A stretch of 64,000 bases of DNA from Octopus sinensis (Eukaryota). The translations under genes and the position numbers were made by a program. The notes beneath the pieces are model-generated. The model saw only the letters and a list, made by a program, of their open reading frames with translations, searched no databases and was not told the DNA's origin. Below, piece after piece: positions 52,579 to 64,000 of this stretch; positions within the stretch are counted from its first letter, which is position 1, and every line of letters begins with the position of its first letter. The stretch is from NCBI RefSeq assembly GCF_006345805.1, contig NC_043000.1, forward strand, positions 144,088,001-144,152,000. Reading direction: 5' to 3'.

Positions 52579-52622
<44 letters not shown>

Positions 52623-52828
52623 GAAGACTCGAAAGACAGACAAATTAAATAACATAAGTATTAAGCAACAGTCCAGAGAAACTGACCACGGTGATTATCA
52701 GCAAAAACAGCTTATATTGGCAGTCGGTCCATGGGTGGAAGTTACCATGGTGAAATTTACCTATGGTTAAATTTACCTGGTGGAATTTTTCGTGGTAGAA
52801 TTTACCGCGGGGGAATTTACCTAGAGCC
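49149..52828 (+). mobile_element. Mutator-like (MULE) deletion derivative with TIRs built from ~15-16-bp subrepeats and an 8-bp TSD
   Basis: The left TIR (~49149-49250, ggtaaattccaccac-type units) is the reverse complement of ~52742-52828. CTAAAAAC is repeated at 49141-49148 and 52829-52836. Transposase C-terminal remnant at ~51870-52340: FPIQL*NVRDRVVKDLLRSNNYLEGFHNVL...HPNLWK. Confidence 0.8.
49283..51583 (-). mobile_element. Near-intact 5'-truncated R4/Dong-clade LINE (RT-CCHC-RLE), one frameshift near 50310
   Basis: ORFs 50277..51467 (EQKG, WIDYKKAFDS, GIFQGDSLSPLIF, FYMDDLKLY) and 49471..50280 (CRFCNDMIETVDHLISGC, RHD, KPDIVV, KEFDKLRKY). Flanked by (TTA)n on both sides. Confidence 0.95.
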
Positions 52829-54624
52829 CTAAAAACACATATTTTGGCTTTGGAAAACAGAAACTTTTATTTCTCTTTTTATATTTTTTTGTGATGTTAG
52901 AAATTCTCTGTTTTGGTCAGGAGTTTCCAATTTCCTGTATCAAGCAATCGACGGAAGCATTTAAAAAAAAAAAACTAGATTCATAGAGCCGAACAAAATC
53001 AAAAATATCAATTTTAATCTTAATAATAGGGAGAAGTAAACATTTTCCCTTTCCTTAATAATAACAAGAGCATACCATGAGAGAGATTTGACTGTTATTT
53101 CTAACAAATTGAACAATCACATATTGACTACCTCATTGCCTTATTTGTTGGTGTGTATAAGTAAACAAAATCGAAAGGAAAAACAAACACTACCAACCGC
53201 GCGCACACACACACACACATATATGAATAGGCGGAAATATGATGTAAGCTCATGCTAAATCCACTCAACATTTTATATTTTTACGAATTTTTACAAAACA
53301 TTTTGGTCACTGTTGACAAGTATCTTCAATTTTTTTTTTTTATGTATCATATAGATGTAATTTTTGACACTGAATCTGAATTTGTTATTTATTTATTCCA
53401 GAAAAAATATGCAAGAATGTTACAGGTTTCAAAGTTTGGCCATTTTCAGAATTTTCAGCCAATCAGAAAACAGCATATTCACTGCCTCTTCCATCATCAG
53501 GGCGGGTCGGGGGTCATCGGCATGTCAAAACATTAAACTAGCTACGCGAGTAAATTAAATATTTAAAAGCACCGAACAAACTGACCAGCAGGAGTTGCTA
53601 GAAATAACAATAAAATAACATTGTTTAAAACAGACATTTATTAGCTAAAAAAATTCAAGAACGAAAGCTTGCAATGCACTCTAGGAGTTTATAAAATAAA
53701 TGATCGTTTTCATATCTCCTTCTCCACATAAATTCACAAGTATGAGAGTCAATCATGCGAAGGTACTTTCAATTCGTTGAATGTAAGTGCCATCTGCTAT
53801 GAAAACAAACAATTATAGAACAATTGGTTGCTACATTCTTTGTGCGCATGCACAGCATCTTTGGTTACTATGGAAACAGAGTTCTTCACAATCAGCTATG
53901 GAGCACATGTTGTTTCTTTGCATTGGTTACTATAGAAATAGACTTCTACACCACATGGAAGTCTAAAATTCTCGCTTCTGATTGGCTAAAATGCCCAAAT
54001 TTTTCAAATTTTAAACGCTATTAACTTTTTAATCATGGATTTATAGGGAAAATGAATTTCATTTTCATAAATAGGGTACAAAACTAAATCCATATACCAA
54101 ATTTGGAAACAATTAGAACAAAATTATATACCGTGACGAAAACCACAAAGATACTGATCTGCTTTCTGGATAATGGATGCGATTATGCATAAAACAAAAA
54201 AAAATCTCGTTCCTCCAACCACTAATTTTTTTTAATAAATGGTTTTATAATACGGACAGTCTGAATCTACCATGCATTCCTCTTTATAATTTCCAAATAA
54301 TTTTTTAATATTTTATGGAAGAAATTCAATTGATGGTTTTCCAACTTTTTCACATAATCCTGGGCTATATATGTGAAATGCCAGTGATATGCTGCATGTC
54401 CATCAACAATATTAGTAGATAGACCGCCGTATGGCATGAATAACATATAGTCCAAGTAGACAAAAGCCTTCTTTTTAAAAGAAAAAATGAAGTTGGGAGA
54501 TTGGTGAAGACGTCTTGGATACTTGTGATTTTCCTAACCGACGGTGTGCCAGATTTTCATGTGTGTATGGGCGTGTATAATGATATTAAAACAATACGAA
54601 TATACCCACGTATATATATATATG

Positions 54625-54696
<72 letters not shown>

Positions 54697-54697
54697 C

Positions 54698-54765
<68 letters not shown>

Positions 54766-54787
54766 ATATATATATATATATATATAC

Positions 54788-55018
54788 GTGGAGGCGCAAT
54801 GGCCCAGTGGTTAGGGCAGCGGACTCACGGTCGTAGGATCGCGGTTTCGATTCCCAGACCGGGCGTTGTGAGTGTTTATTGAGCGAAAACACCTAAAGCT
54901 CCACGAGGCTCCTGCAGGGGGTGGTGGAGATCCCTGCTGTACTCTTTCGCCACAACTTTCTCTCACTCTTTCTTCTGTTGGCCTGCTCGCTTAGCCAGCG
55001 ATGTGGCGTCATTGAAGC
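54788..55018 (+). mobile_element. tRNA-derived SINE (same family as 41482)
   Basis: A-box TGGCCCAGTGG and B-box GGTTTCGATTCC. The body aligns with 41482-41700. Confidence 0.85.
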
Positions 55019-56239
55019 AACATCTGATAACCTGGTCGATCACGGTGATCACGGTGTTATATATATATACCAAAAGCCTAATGGTGTAGATGTTCTAAAA
55101 CACCTTTAGGGATAAACGGTTTTCACCATGAAATGTTTTCCAATTTAATCGGAATCTACATGATCTGAAGCATATTTGTAGAAAAGAAATATTTAATTTT
55201 CTTAAGGTTATGAAGAAGCAAATATCTGGAGAGCAACTGTGTAGATATGCCTAAATTTTTATATACATATAGCAGGATGTATATAAAGATAACTCTGTAA
55301 CAATGTATGTGTGTGTGTATATATTTTTATGTTTCAGTATGCATCTATACATGTATATGTATACGTTACAGAAGATATTAGAATAAAGGAATAAAAGTCA
55401 GTGATAAAAAGAGATTTCTCAAAAATCTATTTACGTAATTTTTAACTCCTTTTTCTGGCAAACATATTTATTCAGTTTTGATTTTGAAGTATCTAAAAAA
55501 AAATATTTGGAAATTATAGAGAAACGAATGGGAGATTCAGACTGTCCGTATCTTATAACCACGAAATAATAAAAAAAAATGTGTGTGTCAATTTCTTTCT
55601 CCAGAAATTCATGGCTTCACAGTTGAAACTGCATCAGTATAAGCGATTTCAGAATTTTTACTTCCATTTAAAAAATGCAGATACTGCGGATGAAACAATC
55701 GAGATCCTGAATAAGAAATGAATGTTTAATATGAAAAATTTTCAGATTTTTTACGTCATTTCAAAAGGGGGCTGATTCCATAACTCAAACCAACTAGATC
55801 CAAATCCAGCGAATACCATCCTCCGCAGTTAGTTACTCATATGAAGTACATATGTATTTCAACAATTTCTATCAAACACACTCTCCTTCTTGAGCATAAA
55901 CTATCCTCTTCCCGGGTGACAATAACTTTTGTCAGATTGTTGCACAAGTTCTAGCCGTTTTGATAAGGGAAATCGGAAAGATTTAAATTGATTTCATTTC
56001 ATTTCGTTAGCATTTACTCGTACCAAAAAGCACACTTTGCATAGACAACAGGTTGATCTCATAAGTGTCACGTAGTGGAAATAAACACAATTACTAAACT
56101 TTCAGTTTATTATTTAATTTTTTGTTTGTTTTGAATTTCAAGTTGTACATCTGTACTCAAGATTACATACATGCGCATATGTAAAACGAGGTGCTTTATT
56201 TTTTAATCATTATCTACTGATATAAAATAAGTAGTATAT

Positions 56240-56637
56240 TCTTTTCTACTCTAGGCACAAAGCCCGAAAGTTTGGGGAGAGGGCCAGTCGATTACATCGA
56301 CCCCAGTACGTAACTGATACTTAATTTATCGACCCCGAGGGGTAAAAGTTAAAGTCGACCTCGGCGGAATATGAACTCAGAACGTAAATACAGACGAAAT
56401 ACCTATTTCTTTACTACCCACAAGGGGCTAAACACAGAGAGGACAATTGAGAACAGACAAACGTATTAATTCGATCATATCGACCCCAGTGCGTAACTTG
56501 TACCTATTTAATCAACCCCGAAAGTAGGAAGGCAAAGTCGACCTCAGCGGAATTTGAACTCAGAACGTAAATACAGACGAAATACCGCTAAGCATTTTGC
56601 CTGGTGTACTAACGTCTCTGCCAGCTTGCCGCCTTAA
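56240..56637 (-). mobile_element. tRNA-headed SINE with a tandemly duplicated core
   Basis: The atcgaccccag...aaagtcgacctc...cagaacgtaaatacagacgaaatacc block occurs twice (~56287-56403 and 56470-56587). Confidence 0.82.
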
Positions 56638-57555
56638 AATAGTAGTATATTGAAAAATTAAAATAGTAATATATTGAAAAATTAAAATATTTTCTAAGGG
56701 CTCGGTATGTGACTCCAAGGGTTAAATGGGGTGTTCGACCAAAATGGTTTGAGAAACTTTGCACTAAGTGATATACTGCTAATAGTAGCGGTTATATTTT
56801 GGCTTTCGCATTACATTACTCATTGCTTTACACACTGAGATAAATTCACAAGTACATCATTACTGGCAACAACACAAAGAGAATGAAAGAAAAAGTCATC
56901 ATTAAGCTTAGAATACAAAGCAATCAGTTAACCTAAAATTCGTTACAGATTTTTCTTATGTTGCTTTGTGCGCGCAGGTGATGGAATATGATGTGGGTCA
57001 TTCAACTTGCCCGATACATTAGGTATAACTCACCGCATTTATCTTAACGATAATGTTGATAACGTAGTACTTGAGACTTCAAAACAGGGTGGAATGTATT
57101 TTATGATAGGTTCGATACGTCTTTGGCAGTGCTTATGTAAGATGAACCCTAGTAACGTCCAATAAAGCAACAAAATATACCTGAGCAACGAAAGGACCAA
57201 CGTTAATAAAATATACATTGAGAAATCATATAGATATGAGTATCAAGACAAACTGAAGAATGTTCACCAGAGTTTAAACATTCTTGCTATCACTATAATT
57301 CTGAAGCAAAATATATACAACAAACAACATTAATACCAACAACAATATGATGCTATGCAATTTTAAATGATTCTGAGAGATTTACAATATTTGAGGAGTA
57401 ATTATTGTATTTTTCATTTGGTAACGAAAATATATCGCATTATCTATCAACGTGTATGCTGTTTTAAGATGAGCACCAAAGCAAGTTCTAATTCATTAAA
57501 CCTTTAATTAAAGATAGGAGAGAATTGTAGTTCGCTTGAAGCATTGTGTATTGTT

Positions 57556-58520
57556 TGTACAGAATAAAAAGTCTTGAATGGTACAACAATGCACTATAAT
57601 ACAGGCATTGGGCTATATACCTGTTGTAATTTAGTCATCCAGTCTGGTATGATATTTTGGAATAATATTCCTTCTTCAGATGATCTTAGATGGAATCACT
57701 GCTATAATCGGTTTTCAAACGACCTTTCTTTTTTATTTTTTGGAAGCGTCTCAGCAGTGGTCTCGCGATGCTCCTCCCTGAATTCCTCATGAGAAGTGTG
57801 TGAGGTCGGCCATGTCTCACTCTCGTACATCCATAGCGTTGTTTCTAAGTTACGTATTATATGTGCAGCTTCCTGTTTCCCCCTCTCTTCTCTTCTCCCG
57901 AAGGAGGATCTTGAGACCCTGAAAAAAGTAAAAATGAAAAGCCGTTAGAAAACCGATTATAGCAGCCAATCCATCTAAAAATATCTAATGAAGGAATATT
58001 AATCCGAAATAATCATATCAGGCGCAGGAGTGGCTGTGTGGTAAGTAGCTTGCTAACCAACCACATGGTTCCTGGTTCAGTCCCACTACGTGGCATCTTG
58101 GGCAAGAGTCTTCTGCTATAGCCCCGGGCCGACCAATGCCTTGTGAGTGGATTTGGTAGACGGAAACTGAAAGAAGCCTGCCGTATATATGTATATATAT
58201 ATGTGCATGTGTGTGTGTGTTTGTGTGTGTGTGTTTGTCCCCCTAGCATTACTTGACAACATATGCTGGTGTGTTTACGTCCACGTCACTTAGCGGTTCA
58301 GCAAAAGAGACCGATAGAATAAGTACTGGGTTTACGAAGAATAAGTCCCGGGGTCGATTTGCTCGATTAAAGGCGGTGCTCCAGCATGGCCGCAGTCAAA
58401 TGACTGAAACAAGTAAAAAAGAATATCAGACTATGGATGACTAAATTACAACAGGTATATAGTCCATTGTCTGTATTATAGTGCATTGTGATACCACTCA
58501 AAACTTTTCATTCTCTGTAA
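57556..58520. repeat. Diverged inverted repeat (57556-57725 vs 57941-58021 plus 58430-58520); right arm split by a SINE
   Basis: gaaaaccgattatagcag...ccatctaa...gaaggaatatta and ggatgactaaattacaacaggtatatag are matched on opposite strands. Confidence 0.75.
58022..58422 (+). mobile_element. Full-length tRNA-headed SINE with an internal (TA)/(TG) microsatellite and a 7-bp TSD
   Basis: TGGCTGTGTGG A-box and GGTTCAGTCCC B-box-like. ATATCAG is repeated at 58015-58021 and 58423-58429. Confidence 0.9.
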
Positions 58521-60515
58521 TTAAGGCTTGTCTCGTCTTGACCATGCACGTATTGCATTCTTGCATATGTAATGTAGAATGATACTCTCTTATATGAACA
58601 AGGTTCTTTATCTAAAATGTACTATTTGAGAGAAATGTGGTTTGCAACTCTATTATGTCAGCGTCAGATTTGTTGCATATGCGTGCGTTAACTATATTGA
58701 CGGATAGCTCTACTGAGCTAATGTTTAGAATATTCAGCGTGTACGATATTCCTATTTTAAATTCTCCCGCATAAAGACGTCAATATCTTCGTTCCATAAA
58801 TCTATAAACATGGAACTATAGTATTTTCATTTACTTGTCAAACGATGAGAGCTTTACCAGTTGACAGAATATTTCAAATCTTTGATTTAAATGCCAAGTC
58901 TGTATTACTAAATTTAGTGATTTACCTTCAAGAATCGTTTGAATGTTCATGATGATATATTTCACTGGGTAAACATTTAATTATTTCTTTAGATAATCTA
59001 ACCTCTTGTCAATATACATAGAAGACAGCTGCAGTCCAACTCAATTCAAAATAGAGGATTACATATCCAGTAATACGAACCAATTTATCTTAAGACATGC
59101 ATATATAGACATAGGCTTATGTGTATACACACACACATAAACACACACACGTTCACACACAGATATATAAATGTAAGTATATATACATCTGTTTGTGTGT
59201 GTGCTTATGAATGTGTGTATAGATGTATATGTTTTGAAGTTTTGGTGTTTCTGAAATTGTTCGTATTTGTTTCTTTATATATTTGTCCATGTATATATGA
59301 CGACTATACAGACACACATCTTGCGAATAAAACTGCTTCTGTTGATTTTTTTTCTTTTAGGAAAATCTCTCTGACCAATCAACGAATTCACAAATGAACG
59401 TATTTTTAACAAAGTTTATAGCAGTCTCTGTGAGCAGTGTCATTATCAAACTCTGCACAGGAATGACCACAATAAACTCTAGTCTAAACACACATATCAA
59501 TATTTCCAACATTGACAAAAATCAGAAATATATTTCTAAAACGAAAATATAAAAATAATATATAACCGAACCGGTCAAACTAATCACTCTTCTCTTTCAA
59601 AAATGAACTGAAATTAAATATATGTTCGACAGTTATTGAACATTAGAGTTATTTTAAGTTAGCTTGTTGAGCATTGTAACTAATTAGAAGATAAATTGCA
59701 TTGCAATAAATTTCACTGTGCTTTGCAATATTTCTAATGGAGAGGAAAAAAAACCATAAACAAAACACCAATAAAACACTAAAGAGAAAAAAAAACATAG
59801 TAAAAACAAAATGTCACTTACTAACAAATCTCGGAAAGGTAAGAAATCACAGACACACTTCCGCACCACAACGTACATACAGACAAGGAATAATAACAAA
59901 CAAATTATGAGATATCAGAAAGAATATAATGCAATAATTATTATGAATACTTCTCGCTGATTTGTAAAATTTTCAGATTTTGTTCGATATTCTTCCAATA
60001 AATTTATTACACGTTTTTATTTGAATACACATTTTCCATTTTAAAATTGATTGTTGCATACCATTCTATACAGAAATATACTAGAATTCCTATTCAATTA
60101 TTGATTAAATGCGAGTACATTCATGCATATCGATGCAAACAAACTCATATGCACACGTTCACTTACAGGCTCACTCATAGACGTTTATTTAAGGAAGTGT
60201 GTATATATTTATCCCTAACATTTATATGGAAGACGAAATGCTCTACCGATAAAAATTCCCCCTCAACCATGCTATCCTAGTCTAAACGCTACTGTGTAAC
60301 AATTCGTGAAAATTACATTTACCACAACATCGTGTTAAGAATTTGTTAGAGGGAATACTATAAATAAGTTCGACAGATGGGCTGCGCTCGTCATTCACAG
60401 GGCTACCTTTGCCACACAGTTAATTGCTGATTAGATTTGATTGGAGACATCTGAGGAATATGCAGTTGCATTATCAAAGAGGAATTCTCTTATTGGACCG
60501 GAGAACACACACACA

Positions 60516-60627
<112 letters not shown>

Positions 60628-60714
60628 TGAGCGTCGAAGGTGTTTCTAAGCCATTTAAGAAACACACAAAGTGAACCACCGGCCGATTTCGCTCACCGCT
60701 CATCATCAAACTGG

Positions 60715-61680
60715 TGAGGTGATGGATAACCTACTTTCTTGAAAGCAACAGACAGCTGAACCCCAACCAACATGGGTTCCATAATGGAAAGAACAACCTA
60801 ATGCAGTTCTTGCATCACCTTGCTAAAATTTTGAGAGTTTTGGGAGAGGAGTCCAATACTGTTATCATCCACCTTGATTTCAGCAAGGGCTTTGACAGAG
60901 TGAATCATAAGTTCCTATTGAAAAACCTATCCAACATTGGTGCCTACAATAGATCAAGTATTTTCTAACAGGCAGAACGCAACACGTTGCTGTCCAAGGA
61001 GTAAAATCAAGCTCAGCTAAAATCAATAATGGTGTTCCTCAAGGCACAATGTCGGTCACACTTTTTTCTACATCTATATCAATGACGTTACTGACGTCAT
61101 CAAGTACAGTAACATAAGAATGTTTGCAGCTGATTCCAAGATCCAGAAAGTCATCAATGAAGAGGATTACCGACCATGCCCTGAGCCACATCTATTAGTT
61201 GTCATCCAATGAGTGGAAAAGAATAATATGCTGTTGAGCGAGGACAAATTTGAGTTAATCCATATCGGAAAAGAAGATGCCCTGAAACTCCCATATTTCC
61301 TTCCTTCATGTGTAAGCCTCATGGCATGCAACATCAGAGACTTGGGAGTAATTGTCGACACCAACATATGCTGCGTCGCTCATATAATTAACAAAGTTGA
61401 CCTGGTCCGCAGAATGTGTTCCAGGATTCTCCGAAATTTCCAGTCGAGAGATATTCACACCATCATCCTTTTCTTCTCTACTTTTGCCCGACCCCACCTT
61501 GAATACTGTTTTTCAATGTGGTCTCCCCACACGAAACAAAGAGTTATGAAAAATGTAGCAATTCAAAGGTCAATTACGAAAAAGATATATGGCATGAGAG
61601 GCTTTGACTATTTGGGTCGACTAGAAGAGATCAAGCCTTATTCTCTATGCATCCGTTTTGAAGATTTCAGGCCCTAACAT
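60715..61680 (+). mobile_element. CR1/L2-clade LINE RT fragment
   Basis: QHGF, HLDFSKGFDRVNH, GVPQG, YINDV...RMFAADSKI (degenerate YADD), DLGVIVD, FARPHLEYCFSMWSPH, IQRSITK. Confidence 0.87.
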
Positions 61681-63199
61681 GTCAGGAACAATTGGTGTTG
61701 GTGGTTATATGACTTTTGAACGCACGGAAAAGCTCTCAGTGGATATATACTCTTTTGCAGCAGTCAGCGCTGTGTCTAACACGACCCATAATCTGAAATT
61801 TTAACACCTCCTTCGGGCTTGTTTTACTACATCACTCATACATTAAATTTGGAGGAACTGTGGTTCTTCATTTGTGGGTAACAGGGAATCAATGCCCTTG
61901 AACTTTGACATCCGCGAAACTTCATGTTTTTCTCTCTTCTTAGATGCACCAAAACATGGATACATGAGAGAGCGGGACGTTCCCTAATCTGAAAAGATTT
62001 TCAAAATTGTTAGTTTCAAAGTGAGAATCGCTATCTTTTTAATCTGTTTGTCCTGTTTGTTCCGCTATTAAAAGCAACGTGTTTGCTCAGACAGTCGGCA
62101 CATACCGTTTCGCTAGCAACAAGGCGAGTACATTCTTAACGCCAGAAAAAAATTCCTATGCATAGGAATGAACACAAAACCTTTGGGCTTAAGATGTGTC
62201 CCGAGCAGCAAGAATACTGTGTCAACGTCTATCTACACAAATTAAAATGTGAATTCAAACGTCATGCACAGCGTTTATAAGAGGAGATCAGTTAAACGAA
62301 CCACGGCGAAAAATAGGATATGTGTGAACAATAAATAATAAAAGAGGAATGAAACTAAAAATATAATTCAAAATTATTTACGAATATATCAGTGGCCCGA
62401 ACATGTATGCAACATTTCTTTTCATAAAAGGAGTGTATATAATTGTAACAAAATTACAATTATGCACTATCCGTTATATATGCATGTTTCATGCGATTAT
62501 TGATGCTAATACCAACACAAGAACCTAGTATCGAATTTTTTTGACAAGATGGAAGTATTAATCCAGACTCCCCTAAACTTCAAATACTGTACTTTCTTCA
62601 GTACATTCAGGATAAACAGGATTTTAATATATTATACAGTTTTCAATATATCATACAGTTTGAGATATATCACAACAATAAGACTTAGATATGCAGAAGA
62701 CATAATACCAGAAACGCCTTTATTCCTACGAAACAATGTGCTACAAATTTTATTCACTACAATTGATCAGATGCCGGTGTTCATATTTTAGACATATTAC
62801 TTTTAAAAACGTTTATGAAGCAAAATTAATATCTCAGAAATGGTTCAATGACATGCGTATAGCATCAGAAAAAGCAATTTTAGCTGCAGCGAAATATATA
62901 TAGTGGGGTGGGGGAGGCTGATTTTCGATATAGATTACAAGAATAAAGAGATTATCGGTTCCTAATTTTCTATCTGTTTTCATATCAGCATGTTATGATA
63001 TATGATAGCATATGTTGTTCACTTAGAAAAAGAGTTTACTCATCTGCAGCGACCAACCGAAATTTGCCTTGAACAAATACTATCATTTTACTGCAACATT
63101 ATTCACTCATCCGTTCTGCTATCAATGAAGAATATACCACTGCATCTAGCAATTAAGCTCCCCTCGTCTATTTCTCAATTTCAGCATCTCTCCCTTACA

Positions 63200-63254
<55 letters not shown>

Positions 63255-63382
63255 ATATATTGCACAGACACGCACATATACTATATATACACATATATGT
63301 ATGTATGTGTGTATATCTGTATTTGTATGTACATATATGTAGGGCCAGTGGCGGAGAATTGTGTCTATTCAGATATGTGTAT

Positions 63383-63440
<58 letters not shown>

Positions 63441-64000
63441 GTGTATGTATATATATATATATATATATGCGTACTTGCTATCCTATATGCATGATACTTC
63501 ATAAGTCCTAATGCTTCAATATTTACTTTATCTCTACAATTTTGTTCTTCATTCCACGCTTGCTTCCTCTCAAATAATATACTTGCATTCTCATTCTGTT
63601 TTCTTATTATATAGTACTACTTTTTATTCATCTCTTATTTCTCTCTTATCATTGCTAGTATATCTCTCATTCCCTTCAGTTTTCAATTTGACTCCAGTGT
63701 TCATTTACCACAGACTGTTCTTTACATATGCGTTTCTCACTCTCTCTCTCTCTCATCCTTAGTTATCTCCCTCATTATCTTTTGTATCATTAGTCATAGA
63801 CTTCATTCACCATAGAGAAGCAGTATTGAAATCAAGGCAACAGAAATAAGAAAACAAAACAGTGAAACAAAGGGAGGAAAATGATACAAAGGGACGAAAT
63901 ATACAATGCAGTTATAAATGTATAATAAACGATGTATTAGGAGATATACTTTTCCATGTGCAGTCGCCCATTATTTTGTATAAATGCATGCATGCAACGA

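Noticed and set aside
58560-59050. Possible PIF1 helicase C-terminal remnant on the minus strand
   Set aside because: The similarity is too weak to support without a profile search.
61932-62000. Strong acceptor followed by DAPKHGYMRERDVP*
   Set aside because: Too short, no donor and no supporting upstream exon; indistinguishable from chance.

Overview
AT-rich, microsatellite-dense eukaryotic DNA made up largely of transposon remains. The SINE/LINE families resemble those I recall from octopus (coleoid cephalopod) genomes; this is recognition from memory, not a database result. No host gene can be named. A few splice-flanked open micro-exons are listed at low confidence. Supported elements: about nine R4/Dong-type (RLE) LINE pieces, mostly bordering (TAA)n arrays, including a ~8.5 kb head-to-tail stack (14.9-23.3 kb) and a near-intact RT-RLE copy (49283-51583) nested inside a Mutator-like element with TIRs and a TSD; three GC-rich Tx1-like LINE pieces; a decayed Helitron (Rep+PIF1); a mariner; a hAT fragment; CR1 and RTE fragments; Penelope-like remnants, one with a hammerhead core; and tRNA-headed SINEs. 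The most interesting pattern: all four (GATA)n arrays I can find in the window sit at a Tx1 junction, always reading (TATC)n on the element sense strand, and one copy has the repeat on both sides. This suggests a (TATC)n-targeting Tx1 family acting alongside (TAA)n-targeting Dong LINEs. Also notable are a 205-bp ~99% identical inverted repeat with a 13-bp TSD and two interlocked inverted-repeat structures. Many boundaries are read by eye and approximate.
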